The position numbers and the translations under genes were made by a program. The notes under the pieces are model-generated. The model saw nothing but the letters and a program-made list of their open reading frames with translations, had not been told where the DNA came from and searched no databases. Shown piece by piece: positions 25,476-40,944 of a stretch of DNA of 64,000 bases. Source of the stretch: Eledone cirrhosa (taxonomy: Eukaryota); contig OZ024740.1 of assembly GCA_964016885.1 (NCBI GenBank), positions 346,518,001 through 346,582,000 on the forward strand, written 5' to 3'. The stretch's first letter is position 1, and each line of letters opens with the position of its first letter.

Positions 25476-25479
25476 GGAA

Positions 25480-26180
25480 ATCAATAATAACAACACAATC
25501 GGTACAGTATATGGAAGGGATATATTAGGTTAACGCTTGATACAGCTGGAAGAGGGTCTTTACGTTACGGACGCTAGTCGTTCATCAGAAGAAAGAATGC
25601 GAAATAAAATAGATTGAGGAGACGGGCGGGATGGAATTGGAAAAAATGTCTTTAGATAAAAATAACAGGTTCATTCATGTTGACATCTCTTGCAAAACTG
25701 TTGGAGCTGGCGTTTTGTGTATGATTTGTTTTTTTAGAAAACTGGATGATGGAGCGAGTCTACCTGAAATGGAAAAAAAAAAACGTTTTGTAAAAAGAGC
25801 TATACTTGAGCACGTGTGTAAGCATGTGTGTGGGGGGGGGGGGTTATTATAGGTCCGTACGAAGCTAAGAAGAAATGTGTGTGTATATGTGAGTAAAAGA
25901 GTGTGTGTGCATGAAAGTACGAAGCTATGAGCAAAAGTATGTTAATATAAGGGTGTGTATCGGAGTGTATTAGTTGTAAGAGAAGCTGCTAATGATCAAG
26001 AGAAAGCGCTAGGAAAGTAAGGGTGTGATAATGGACGGGGTATTAGAGAAATTGGGGAGGTGAGTTGAGTCCAAGAGGGGAATAGGACCCAAGGGGGTGA
26101 ATCAGACTTTGTTCACTCCTGGTTTGCGCAAGGCCTGTGATCCATGACATCTAGTACACCTAGGACTGAAAGATGTAGGG
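25480..26180 (-). mobile_element. Probable Penelope-like 3' end (GIY-YIG tail remnant, CT-rich UTR, degenerate HHR)
   Basis: Minus strand HLSVLGVL/RCHGSQALRK..PGVNKV*; CTGATGAA-CGAC TAGC GTC-CGTAACGT at ~25561-25588 (GAAA mutated). Confidence 0.45.
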
Positions 26181-26262
26181 AAATATATATATATACATAT
26201 ATATTTATAATATATATATATATATATATTTATAATATATATATATATATTTATATATATAT

Positions 26263-26312
<50 letters not shown>

Positions 26313-26619
26313 ATATTATATATATATATATATATACATATATATACATACATTTTTATATAAATATATCAATGAATATATATGTGTGTTTGCGTCGAGC
26401 GAGAGGGAGTACAGGAGATAAAGAAATATATGTATTTGTTTAGTATATATATAAGTTGTTTTCCAACAGTTAGATCACCATCCTGAGAACAAATATTAAT
26501 ATAAAGAGTCCCGTGTCCTAAAATTTGAAATAAGATGTGGCTTGGATAAGCGGAGGGGAAACTGGTAATTTGTCTAGTGTTCCTCCGTTGATTTTTCTAA
26601 ATTGAGACACCAACATCTA

Positions 26620-27125
26620 TAATATTATAAAGCTGAGCGTCGTGTGTATTATGTATGTATGTATGTATGTATCCTACACACCTCCCTATAATTTATTAGC
26701 TTTACTCTCTCCGTCGCTCTTCCTTTGCTTTCTCTCTATAATAAATCATTCCCCCTCTCTATAATTTAACTGCTTTACTCTCTCTGTCGCTCTTCACTCT
26801 CAAATATTATAAAGCTGAGCGTCGTCTTTCTCACTCTCTCCCTCTTTCACCCTCTTTATAATTTAACTGCTTTACTCTCTGTCTCTCTTCACTCTCTATA
26901 TGACAACACTTTTTTACTTTCCGTAGAGATGAGCGTAGTATGTAAATTCGGCTCTCTATAATAGATCATTACCCCTCTCTATAATGTAACTGCTTTACTC
27001 ACTCTGTCGCTCTTCACTCTCTAATATTATAAAGCTGAGCGTCGTCTCCCTCTCTCTCTCCCTCGTTCACCCTCTCTATAATTTTAACTGCTTTACTCTC
27101 TGCCTCTGTAAAACTCTCTATATCA
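26620..27125. repeat. Mosaic minisatellite
   Basis: Recurrent modules tataatttaactgctttactctc, gtcgctcttcactctc and aatattataaagctgagcgtcgt. Confidence 0.8.
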
Positions 27126-27168
27126 CAGCAGGTAATACATACATCAAAAAGCAACTCTGACAAATATA

Positions 27169-27275
27169 ATAATTGTTTCTACTTTAGGCACAAGGCCAGC
27201 AAATCACCAGTGTATTACTGGTACTTTATTTTATCGACCCCGTACGGATGAAAGGCAAAGTCAACCTCGGCGGGA
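27169..27275 (-). mobile_element. tRNA-SINE 3' half
   Basis: Matches the SINE core and tail. Confidence 0.85.
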
Positions 27276-27340
27276 AATAATGTATGTATCCCACATACTT
27301 GTTCTGTCGCATAAGTAACACACACAAATACACATACTTT

Positions 27341-27540
27341 NNNNNNNNNNNNNNNNNNNNNNNNNNNNNNNNNNNNNNNNNNNNNNNNNNNNNNNNNNNN
27401 NNNNNNNNNNNNNNNNNNNNNNNNNNNNNNNNNNNNNNNNNNNNNNNNNNNNNNNNNNNNNNNNNNNNNNNNNNNNNNNNNNNNNNNNNNNNNNNNNNNN
27501 NNNNNNNNNNNNNNNNNNNNNNNNNNNNNNNNNNNNNNNN
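27341..27540. other. Assembly gap (200 N)
   Basis: Run of N. Confidence 1.
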
Positions 27541-28192
27541 GGGCAGGTATACCTTGCCGAGCGCCAGCCGGTCGGGCCACAGTATTCTATATATTTTACA
27601 ACGTATGGCAGTTTTGTTACATACTTATTTGGCACATATAAAATTGTTAATGTCTACAGAATGTTCATTGTCACAGGAATGAAACCATATAAAATGTTGC
27701 CGGAGATTAACAACATTTTAAAAAGCCGGGTGGTGGAAGTTGTAAAAAGATCTGAAAAGTTAAAAGCATGAGGGGTACGATTATTCGAAACATGAGTGTG
27801 TATATACATATATATATAGACATACAAATATGTATATGAAGAGAGAGAGAGAGAGAGAGAGATCTAAAAATATATACACTTAATTAGTGAGACATCCTCT
27901 AAGGTGGGTGGAGCTATGAGGGACTGAAGTATAAAGTCGCGATAATTTCGTTAAAGGAAGTGAATGCTTAAAGAGGCTCTGTTCAATCAAAATCTAATAA
28001 ATACCAAGTACTAATAAATGAATACTTATATATATGTATGTATATAAGACTAATTATTTATATGAAATAATATATTAAAATGGATGCAGTCAAAACCTGT
28101 TAGACGCACCAGAGTACTCGATACTTGGGGTAGAAGAGTGGGTTAGGTCAGAGCTCAGCTGTCATCTGTCGAGATCTTGACTTTTTCATATA

Positions 28193-28243
<51 letters not shown>

Positions 28244-28489
28244 CGTTGAATGAGATACAAGGCTAAACAATGAAAATGGACTGTAAGATGGGCAAAGGAA
28301 AATTAAAAGTCACCTTGTAATCTTTGTTTTGTTTTGTTGTTCTTGTTTTATCTTCCAATATTTCGGGACCTAAAACTCCCTTACTATCGAAAAACGTTTG
28401 AAAACGAATTAGAAAAAAATGTAAAACAAAATCCAAATGTTATCCCCAGGAGAGGAAATGGAACGTTATCCACTGAAGGTTCCTTAAAA

Positions 28490-28660
28490 CCTACTGAAGG
28501 GATTTTAGGTTATGTCCCGAAATATTAGTCAGTTAAAAGAATAAAAAGTATAGAATCAGTTTAAAATCTAGTTAAAACATTATTAAAAAACTGCTCGATA
28601 CTTGGGGTATTTGAGTATATCTATTTTATAGAGCCCTCTTTCCCACATAAACATAAATGT

Positions 28661-28691
<31 letters not shown>

Positions 28692-28750
28692 CATATATTT
28701 GTATTTGTTTATATATATATATGTATATATATATATGTGTATATATATAT

Positions 28751-28782
<32 letters not shown>

Positions 28783-28819
28783 CACATATATATTTATGCA
28801 TGTATTTATATATATATAA

Positions 28820-28900
<81 letters not shown>

Positions 28901-29042
28901 GCATATACATATTTATATATATATATATAGACATGTATACATTTATGTTATGTGGGAAAGAGGGCTCTATAATATAGATATACTTAAATACTCCTAGTAT
29001 CGAGCACTTTTTTTAATAATGTTTTAACTAGATTTTAAACTG
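28490..29042. mobile_element. HHR-like unit (family 11) whose tail is repeated in inverted orientation across a (TA)n tract
   Basis: CTGAAG-GGA..TCCC-GAAATATTAGTC at 28494-28530; 28556-28664 is inverted at 28932-29042 with several mismatches. Confidence 0.55.
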
Positions 29043-29559
29043 GTACATACATACAAATATATATACAGATATATAGATATATATACAGAGAGAGAGACAG
29101 ATATATAGAGATATATGGGTGAGTGCGTATGTTGTTATGTATATAGATAAATATATATATATATATATATGTGTCATGTATGTGGTGGTGTATGTGTGTG
29201 TGTGTGTCTGTGTATGTACCTAACTAAACATTCAAAATCCTTTATATTTGATGCCGTATAACATGTATACGACGAAAGTTTGTAAAGATATTTGTTCACA
29301 CCTGGACAGTATTTTAAAAAACTCTTTGTTACACTAATAGAAACATTTGCAACACATCCACATATACGAACAATCATAGGCACAAATTAATTACTATACA
29401 TACAAAATAGACAAATTTGTATAATTTTGCCTCACGCGCATCCAACTAACACATCTAGCTATTTATATATATATACATCAGTCAGTCTAACCCTTCTTCC
29501 CCCCCCCTCCCCCCTCTCTCTCTATATATATATATATATACGAATGTATATATAGATTA

Positions 29560-29611
<52 letters not shown>

Positions 29612-29614
<3 letters not shown>

Positions 29615-29815
29615 AAAATATTCAAGACCCGAATGCGGAGCTCTGGCCGTTTGGACGGCTATTTCTGGAGTCCGTCCAGAAATAGCCGTCAAAACGGCTT
29701 GAGCTCTGCCATCGGGTTCTTGAACACTTTCCTAATACCCACTCTACTGCCATAAGTAGTGACTACTCTGGTGCGTTATGGTCCATCTGGTTCCTTACCA
29801 CACTTCCTTCATTAC
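29612..29815 (+). mobile_element. Fold-back unit, family 5
   Basis: Palindrome ~29612-29733 centred on ctggagtccgtccag, continuing into the family tail. Confidence 0.7.
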
Positions 29816-29855
29816 ATATATATATATACATATATACATATATATATACATAAAT

Positions 29856-29896
<41 letters not shown>

Positions 29897-29918
29897 GCAA
29901 TATAGCACCACAAGCAGT

Positions 29919-29954
<36 letters not shown>

Positions 29955-29959
29955 AAATG

Positions 29960-29990
<31 letters not shown>

Positions 29991-29992
29991 TT

Positions 29993-30042
<50 letters not shown>

Positions 30043-30078
30043 AAATGTATATATATATATATATATATATACACATTT

Positions 30079-30134
<56 letters not shown>

Positions 30135-30318
30135 AAAAAGAGATGAAATCGAAAATGCAACTGGAGTCTTATTTTTTTTTTAAATATATATATTTATATA
30201 TATATATATATATATTTATGTATATATATATATATGTAATGAAGGAAGTTTTTGACGCTATAGTCACTTATATACTATGGAATGTTCGCTTTTCGCTGCA
30301 GTGTTTTCTATACCTTTC

Positions 30319-30395
<77 letters not shown>

Positions 30396-30879
30396 CATTT
30401 AGGTATATATATATTTATATGGACTGCTTGTGGTGCTAAGCCTAGGAAGATAACAAAACGCATTAGTACTCTATGGAGAGTGGGATGCAGAACATGAATA
30501 ATAATGACGTGATGGTGCGAGCTGAAACAACACATACGCTCATATAGTCTTTTATATATATATATACACACACGCACATACCAACACACACACACATAGA
30601 TATGTGTGCGTTTGTGATGAGGTACATTCTTAAATGCATGTTTTCGGGTAATCGGTTATTTGAACTGAAAGTATATAGACGATATTAAATTTCTATCATA
30701 ATGACACACTTTTTATTTTTACATACTTCTGTCACTCAAATATTGTTTCTCTTTATCTATTTATAAAGCTCCTACATACACTTTCAAACACCAACAACTT
30801 CACACACTCATATATACGTATGGAACATAGTACATATGAAGTTATTTATAAGTATATATTTATCTATATAATATATATA

Positions 30880-30924
<45 letters not shown>

Positions 30925-30928
<4 letters not shown>

Positions 30929-31122
30929 GAAGGAAATGTGGTAAGGAACCAGGTGGACCATAACGCACCAAAGTACTCAATACTTAGGGTAGTAGAGTGG
31001 GTAATAGGAACAAGTAGGACCCCGACGGCTGAGCTCAAGCCGTTTCGTCGGCTGATTCTGGACAGTCCAGAATTAGCCGTCGAAACGGCTTGAGCTCAGC
31101 CGTCGGGGTCCTACTTGTTCCT
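30925..31122 (-). mobile_element. Fold-back unit, family 5
   Basis: Near-perfect palindrome 31006-31122; GAAACGGC-loop-GCCGTC (HHR helix III and GUC) on both arms; (TA)n flanks. Confidence 0.75.
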
Positions 31123-31349
31123 ATATATATATATGTGTATATATATATATATATACGTGTGTATGTGTTGGTGTGTATGTATATAAAAGTGTGTTCGGGT
31201 TTGTGCGTGCACGCGAGGGCGAATACCTTTAAATATAAATGTATTTCGATTGGATACTATGTGCTATCTTGGGAAAGTGTCCTCTATAACCTCAGTATGA
31301 CCGATTCCCTGTGTACAACATTTGGTAAACAGATAACAGAACCTATATT

Positions 31350-31362
31350 TATATATATATGC

Positions 31363-31442
<80 letters not shown>

Positions 31443-31519
31443 ATATATATATATATACACATATATGTATGTGTGTTTGTGTGGATGTGTATATATATCT
31501 ATCTATCGGTATATGTATA

Positions 31520-31583
<64 letters not shown>

Positions 31584-31644
31584 TATATATATATATATAC
31601 ATAGATATATACATATGTGTGTGTGTGTGTGTTTGTGTGGATGT

Positions 31645-31683
<39 letters not shown>

Positions 31684-31686
31684 CTG

Positions 31687-31738
<52 letters not shown>

Positions 31739-31826
31739 CAGTATATGTATATATATATACATATATATATATATATAAGTATATATACACATCCATATAT
31801 ATATATATATGTATATACACACATAT

Positions 31827-31890
<64 letters not shown>

Positions 31891-31895
31891 ATATA
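31350..31895. repeat. Compound (TA)n/(TG)n microsatellite
   Basis: Direct observation. Confidence 0.95.
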
Positions 31896-32477
31896 GTATT
31901 ATAATTTTAGAAAAATACACTAAATGAGCAGTCTGTATATGTCAGCTGATTCGCGCCTGTATACGTTTGAATCTCACTGCCCTACTACTAGTGATTCCTG
32001 CTTTTGTAATTCTTTCAGCCGTCCAGTATTGCATTTCAACTTTGTGAAATATATGTAAGTTAGTTGTATTACGCTGTCAGCTATAACCCAAGAATATTTT
32101 AATCAGTGCGTATCTTTTTTTTCTTAACAGTGCAGTCTGAACACTTACAAACACACACATATGCACACACATACACACACACTCACACACGTGCGCGCGC
32201 GCGCAAATATACTCACACACACAAGTTAACACACATACTTACACACACACATAAGGTCATTAATGTTCACAAACGCCCCATCCATATATCTATCTATCTA
32301 TTTATCTATCTGACTATCTAGCTATCTGACTATCTATCTATCTATCGACTAACTTTTAAATTCCATTTGTGATAACATTTTACACGTTTTTATTGTATGT
32401 AAACTTCCCCCTTTGTATTTGTCCCCTTCTTTTGTGCCCCTGTGGCTAATAAAGAAATCTATCTATATATATATATA

Positions 32478-32636
32478 TATTAAAATAACAGATTAAAGTT
32501 TAAGCAAAGAATCGCTGCTTTCACCCTTAACGGATCTTCTGAAATTTCAGAAGATCCCATTAAGGGTGAAAGCAGCGATTCTTTGCATAAATTTTAATCT
32601 GTTATTTTAATAAATATTTGCTCTACGGTTCTTATA
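32478..32636. mobile_element. Fold-back palindrome, family 4
   Basis: Arms of ~65 bp about ctgaaatttcag; HHR-like CAGAAGA-T-CCC-ATTAA-GGG-T-GAAA; same family at 22993-23103, 36916-36975 and 39995-40192. Confidence 0.7.
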
Positions 32637-33196
32637 TATATGCATGTATATATACATGTATATATGTATGTATCTGTGAAAACTAAATTGCACACACACA
32701 TTCACACATACTCACACATATATATGTCTATATATCTATACACATATATATGTGAGTATGTGTGTGTGCGTGTGTGCAAGTTAGTTTGCAAAAATACATA
32801 CACACACGCACACATATATGTTACATATATATGTTTGGGTGGGGGGGGGGTAACCGTTTGGTTAACCCATCACCCCACCCCCACCCCACATACATACATA
32901 TACACACACATATATATATAGAGATATAACAAGTAAAATTGCAAGTTAATAGTATATCTATATATATTAGTAACTTGCAATTTTATTTTTGCCATTTATA
33001 CCTCTGAAGATATACAACAGTAGATGTTACATTTTTTAATTCAATATATTTCCTTCCTTGTTCACCATTATATCATTATATTATTATTACTAGTTAAATG
33101 ATTTATATTCAAACGTTTTTAATGTATTAAATGATCTAAAGAATCTATTCTCTCGCGCTTATGTATATCAAACCATATATATGTTCACACTCATAT

Positions 33197-33246
<50 letters not shown>

Positions 33247-33888
33247 AAAGGTAAACAAAATAAATAACATATATTTATATATAATATACACAAATTTAAT
33301 TGTATACCTATATACATACATATTTTTAAAAATACATACATATATATATACCAATAATTTATATTCAACTAATTCAACTAAACATAATATATTTAACTGC
33401 CTTTTCACTAATTTTGTCAAATAAGACTGGTTTATTATAACAGGCATTGTATCTATATTCTCCGATAAATTATTTAACTCTTACAATTCAAATTTTGCTA
33501 ATTATTCATTGTTTAATATCCTGATGAAGTTTTTCCCTATATAAGGCCAAAACGAGCAGATCTATTATCAAATTCATTGAAACCTTGGTAAAACAGGCTT
33601 TATGTTAATAGTATGTTACGAGTACACTATTTTCTAACACATACATAGATTTTGCTAATGCCAGTTATACATCTCTATTAATATGACACATGTAGATCAT
33701 ATTCGTTGAGTCAATTAAAACTGTTTAATAAGCTAAGTCAAACTAACACAATGCTGATTGATTCATATTAATTCATTTTTTTTTATAACATAAGTTTAAA
33801 AATTACTACTTCAGTCATGGGATTCTACGGTAAATACATATATAACTTGCATAGGTTTCCACCATAAATTAATTAATTAATAATTTTA

Positions 33889-33924
<36 letters not shown>

Positions 33925-34001
33925 GTAAGAATTCATACGTACACACACATATATATACATACACACACAGAGACATGTGTAAGCATATATATGTGTATAT
34001 A

Positions 34002-34039
<38 letters not shown>

Positions 34040-34042
<3 letters not shown>

Positions 34043-34220
34043 GTTTGAGGTTCACCACTGTATAGAGCTGGTCTATTCCGTATGGTCAATCGTAATGCAA
34101 TAATATAGAGAGTACTCAACGTAAGGCAGTTCAACCGTCTTTGTTTTTGTAGTTGGTAGTGCTATTACGGAGTTAAATATTCAAGGATTTACACAAATCC
34201 ACCCTCCTGTCATTTCATTA

Positions 34221-34226
<6 letters not shown>
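34040..34226. mobile_element. Penelope pLTR fragment with internal inversion
   Basis: 34040-34178 is colinear with 53457-53592; 34180-34226 is the reverse complement of ~53593-53637; (TA)n flanks. Confidence 0.75.
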
Positions 34227-34271
<45 letters not shown>

Positions 34272-34289
34272 ATATATATAAATATATAA

Positions 34290-34410
34290 CCAATGAAAGT
34301 GTGGTAAGAAAACGGGTGGACCATCACGCACCAGATTACTTGATACTAAGGTTAGTAGAGTGGGTAATAGGAAAAGAGTCAGGACCCCGAGGTCCCGACT
34401 CTTTACCTAT
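34290..34410 (-). mobile_element. Family 5 unit with short fold-back
   Basis: gtggtaagaaaacgggtggaccatcacgcaccaga..gtagagtgggtaataggaaaagagtcaggacc. Confidence 0.65.
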
Positions 34411-34511
34411 AAAAATATATATATATCACGATAAATTAACGGAGCCCTAGACTCTCGCCATTCCCTGTAAATAATGTGCTCAAAGGAGAAGAAATCCTGA
34501 GCGCGTTAAAA

Positions 34512-34897
<386 letters not shown>

Positions 34898-35201
34898 ATG
34901 GGTGTGTGTGTACACATATATATGTGTGTGTATGTGAATATACATATATTTATATATACATATATATGGTAGTAGAGCATTGAAATGAATATCCAAGGAT
35001 AAGGGCACTCAGTCCATGGGACAATTTTAGTATTAATAGTTGCAAGACTGACAGTTATTGAACAGTTATTTATTTTCCTGGATCCCCAAATTTATTCAGC
35101 CTGACCTCAGTAAATATTTTTCTATGACAGGGGGATTGATTTGGGGTCCAGAAACTAACGTAATTTAAGTATCTGTGATGTCACTATTATGAATATATAT
35201 A

Positions 35202-35293
<92 letters not shown>

Positions 35294-35327
35294 AGTGTGT
35301 GTATGTGTGTGTATATATGTGTATTAT

Positions 35328-35358
<31 letters not shown>

Positions 35359-35654
35359 ATAATAATACACACATATACACACACATACACACACTCACAC
35401 ATATATACACATATATATTTGTGTCTGTGTGTGTGTATTTGATAAATCTCATATGAAATGATACAGCCAATTTTCTACACAAAACAATTAGTTAGCACCC
35501 GAACGTTTAATTAGGAATATACTCAGTTATTTCTTAATGTTTGCTGAGTGAGTTGGTATTTGGCAGGAGTATCGCTATTAGTTTTCTCCGATTATGCATA
35601 TATATATATATAAAATATTTGCTTGTTGTATCCCAACAATTTAAATAGAACTTC

Positions 35655-36657
<1,003 letters not shown>

Positions 36658-36659
36658 TA

Positions 36660-36850
36660 GGGCGTTGGATTGGCAGTATCGGTAGAGGCTTTGACGCCAT
36701 GCTTTCCAGCATAGTTACGTCCCTTTACGATCTGAGTTCAAATCCCGCCGAGGCTGACTTTGCCTTTCATCCTTACGGGGTCGATAAAATAAAGTACCAG
36801 TAATGCACTGGGTAATTGCTGGCCTTTTGCCTAAAGTAGAAACAATTATT
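36660..36850 (+). mobile_element. tRNA-derived SINE, full length, with TSD
   Basis: A box TGGCAGTATCGG, B box GAGTTCAAATCC; flanked by direct repeat ATTATTATATCGTATATA (36642-36659 and 36845-36862). Confidence 0.93.
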
Positions 36851-36855
36851 ATATC

Positions 36856-36915
<60 letters not shown>

Positions 36916-37203
36916 TTAAAAAAAACAGATTAAAGTTTAGCAAAAATCGCTGCTTTCACCCTAACGGAACATTCTGAAACTAAAAGAATCAGTCTGTGAA
37001 CGCAGGAGTAAATATTTCGAAAAGCGTTGTAACCGAAGGAACACAGGAAGACGAGTACTCGATGCTTCGCTTAGTAGAGTGGGTAATTTGAAAAGATACA
37101 GGTCACCGACGTCTGTGCTCCGGCCGTTTCGACGGGTGGATGTCGAAACAGCCGGAGCTCAGCCGTCGGGGTCCAGAGTCTTTTCATATTTATATATATA
37201 TAC

Positions 37204-37246
<43 letters not shown>

Positions 37247-37383
37247 CACGAAAACGAAAAATCAGTGATGCATCTGGTCTTAGTTTATTCCGCGTTACAA
37301 ATGTTTCGCCGGCATGTAGCTCGAGTCATGGTGCTTGTATGGATCTGGCTGATTCTACTTCTGCACCATAGCTACCACTATAC

Positions 37384-37387
<4 letters not shown>

Positions 37388-37432
<45 letters not shown>

Positions 37433-37479
37433 TATATATATATAGATATATATATATATGATGTACATATGTATATATT

Positions 37480-37517
<38 letters not shown>

Positions 37518-37604
37518 CACACACACATATATGTATATACATTTATATATATATATATATATATAAATGTATATACATATATGTGTGAGTGTATATATAT
37601 ATAT

Positions 37605-37650
<46 letters not shown>

Positions 37651-37661
37651 ATATATAGATA

Positions 37662-37703
<42 letters not shown>

Positions 37704-37743
37704 TATATATATATAGATATATATATATATGTACATATGTGTA

Positions 37744-37797
<54 letters not shown>

Positions 37798-37935
37798 CAC
37801 ACACACATATATGTATATACATTTATATATATATATATATATATATATAAATGTATATACATATATGTGTGAGTGTGTATATATATATATATATATACAT
37901 ACATATATATATATATACATATAAATATATAGATA

Positions 37936-37980
<45 letters not shown>
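37388..37980. repeat. Compound (TA)n tract with internal higher-order duplication
   Basis: Interruptions such as gatatgtacata, cacacacatatatgtatatacattta and aaatgtatatacatatatgtgtgagtg recur in the same order. Confidence 0.9.
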
Positions 37981-37984
<4 letters not shown>

Positions 37985-38172
37985 GTCTGTGTGTGTGCGT
38001 CTGTGTTTGTATTTATAAACATAAATGATTTCTACTTGACTAGAACTGTTTCATTGTGACATTCCTGTTGTAAAAATATCTTCGCTTCTAGTAACTCAGA
38101 ACTCATTGCTATATGAGACAACAACAACAAAGATAAAAGATGATTATCCTGCATTATCTTATAGGGGATTGG

Positions 38173-38746
38173 TCGGTGGATTGGCTGTATCGGTAGAGGG
38201 TCGGACGCCAAGCTTTCCAGCATAGTTACGTCCCTTTACGATCTGAGTTCAAATCCCGCCGAGGTTGACTTTGCCTTTCATCCTTACGGGGTCGATAAAA
38301 TAAAGTACCAGTAATACACTGGGTAATTGCTGGCCTTGTGCCTAAAGTAGAAACAATTATCTTATAGGGGATTGGCAGTATTGGTAGAGGGTTGGACGCC
38401 ATGCTTTGACGCATAGAGTTACGGCCCTTGCCATTCTGAGTTCAAATCCTGCCAAGGTTAACTTTGCCTTTCATCCTACGGGGTCGATAAAATAAAGTAC
38501 GAGTAACACACTGGGTAATTGTTGGCCTTGTGCCTAAAGTAGAAACAATTATCTTATATGTGGTGAATTGGTAGTATCGGTAGAGTGTCGCACGCCATGC
38601 TTTGCAGCACAGTTACGTCCCTTGACGGACTGAGTTCAAATCCCGCCGAGGTTAACTCTGCCTTTAATCCTTATTTGGTCGATAAAATAAAGTACCAGTA
38701 ATGCACTGGATAATTGGTTGCCTTGTGTCATAAGTAGAAACAATTA
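38173..38746 (+). mobile_element. Three head-to-tail tRNA-SINE copies
   Basis: Copies ~38173-38357, ~38367-38550 and ~38560-38746, each with A/B boxes and a GTAGAAACAATTAT end. Confidence 0.93.
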
Positions 38747-39184
38747 TTTTATTGTATACTTTATATACACAAAAACAACCCACACACACACATATATATA
38801 TATGCGAAGATAGTAGACCACTGATAACGGATAGTCGTGGCTTCTATTTCTAATTCTCTCTCTCTATACATATATATATATATATATATATACATACATA
38901 TATATATAATTTGCTTTCGGTGCGTATTGGGAGGGTTAATGGTTGGGTAGAAAACGCTCGTGAGAATATCGTGTAAGAGAAGAATAGATAGATTGCAATG
39001 TAGGTGAGGAAATGAATATCAAAGATATGTCTATATCTTTATATGATTAGATATTAATGTATTTGTATATATATAAAATTATATATACATTTATATATAT
39101 ATATATATATATATATATGCATATATGATATATGCATATATGATATATGCATATATATATATGCATATATGATTACACAAACAT

Positions 39185-39220
<36 letters not shown>

Positions 39221-39994
39221 GTGTGTGTATGTTTGTGTAATCATATATGCATATATGTGTATGTACATATGCATGGAATGATATATTTATATGTTTCTGT
39301 ATGTATATATACATATATCTATTTATATTTGTATGTGTGCGTGTCTGTGTGTTTGTGTGTGTGTGAATGTATATCTTAAGGCGACAGTATATATAATTAT
39401 TTTGATATATATGCAATATTGAGTATGTATATAAACGCGCAGGTGATGGTATCCTCTTCTTAAAAAAAAAAATTATATATATATATATTTACTTAAGTAA
39501 ACAACTTTGACCAGAAGTACCAAAACCAGCGATGCTTGGCGGAAATGCTATATGACAATGTTTTCATAGAAAAATATGCAACAAAAGGTTTTAAACGCGT
39601 TTCGCGTCATTTATCTTCCCCACCAAGTTTCTTCTTCATCTTCACTTTCATCTTCTTCATTCTATCGTTTTCTACATCATCTTCTTTTTCAAATCCACCC
39701 CCTCGTCCGCCTATAATATATCTCCCTCTATTACAAGCCTCTCAATACTAATCCCCAAAATATTATAAATACGAAACCGACAACATTTTTCTAATATTCC
39801 TAATGATTTCACACGAATAAATTAGTTCGATTAGTGTAGAAGTCATTTCTATGTGAAATACATATGCCTAAACTCTACTGATATATTGAGTACATTTTTC
39901 ATTTGTGATCCCAGCCCGAATAGATATCGGGAATCCACCCATTACACACACACACACACACACATTTATATATAAATATATAGTAACAATAATA

Positions 39995-40189
39995 AATGTG
40001 AAGACTAAAATCAAAAGAGGGCTCGATAAGGAAAAATATATATCAAATATATAAGAACCCTAGAGCAAATATTTATTAAAATAACAGATTAAAGATTAAG
40101 CAAAGAATCGGTGCTTTCAGCATTAACGGGATCGGTTAAGGGTGAAAGCAGGGATTATCCGCTTAAACTTTAATCGGTTGTTTAAATAA

Positions 40190-40192
<3 letters not shown>
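39995..40192. mobile_element. Fold-back unit, family 4
   Basis: Long arm is the reverse complement of 22993-23103; palindrome axis near gggatc at ~40130. Confidence 0.7.
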
Positions 40193-40247
<55 letters not shown>

Positions 40248-40333
40248 GATGAGATCTGAACAGCTAGATCAGAACGTTCGGATCTAGCGGTCGAAACGGC
40301 CGATGCTCAGCCGTCGGGATCTTGATTCTTTAG

Positions 40334-40382
<49 letters not shown>

Positions 40383-40794
40383 CCGATTGAGTTATTATAC
40401 ACGTGGTTAATAGCTAACACGTTTAAATGATCAGCGTGTATATTGTTTTATTTTAAGATGACCTCCCTTTACCCTTTTGGGGACAGCGTGTATTATATCT
40501 TTAGGAGGACTGCTGGATTTTCTAATCTACCCGTCTCTTCTTGGCTCTTTGAGACAATCACCATTCTATTAATGTCGATATAATTATTATATCGATATTA
40601 TTTGGGCATCCACTGATGTGTTTATAAGAGCCGCTTGTGTATAAAACTATTGATTATATACAATTTTCTACATAACCTGGAAATTATTTATCCCAAATTG
40701 TAGAAATCTTATAACGAAACGGCCGTCTGGAAGGAAAGAGATATTTATTTAATAATGTCTCATATAAAATAATACAACCAGCTATCCACGAAAT

Positions 40795-40915
40795 ACTGAT
40801 TAGTTAGCACCCCAAACACTAAATTTGGATAATACTTAGGTATATCCTAATGTTTGTTGGGTGAGATGGAGTTGGTCGGAGTATTGCTTAAGGCTTTCTC
40901 TGTTTATGTATTGTA
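40795..40915 (-). mobile_element. TA-associated short repeat, family 12
   Basis: Homologous to 35478-35598 (same strand) and 52333-52411 (opposite strand); contains ATACTCCG. Confidence 0.65.
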
Positions 40916-40944
40916 TATATAATATATATATATATATATATATT

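Noticed and set aside
26620-27125. Repeat/spacer pattern resembling a CRISPR array
   Set aside because: The apparent spacers are themselves repeated modules; eukaryotic minisatellite with no cas genes.
27541-27590. GC-rich hairpin suggesting a Helitron 3' end
   Set aside because: No CTRR terminus at the right spacing, and it abuts an assembly gap.
36660-36750. tRNA gene
   Set aside because: A/B boxes belong to a multi-copy SINE with TSDs; no complete cloverleaf.
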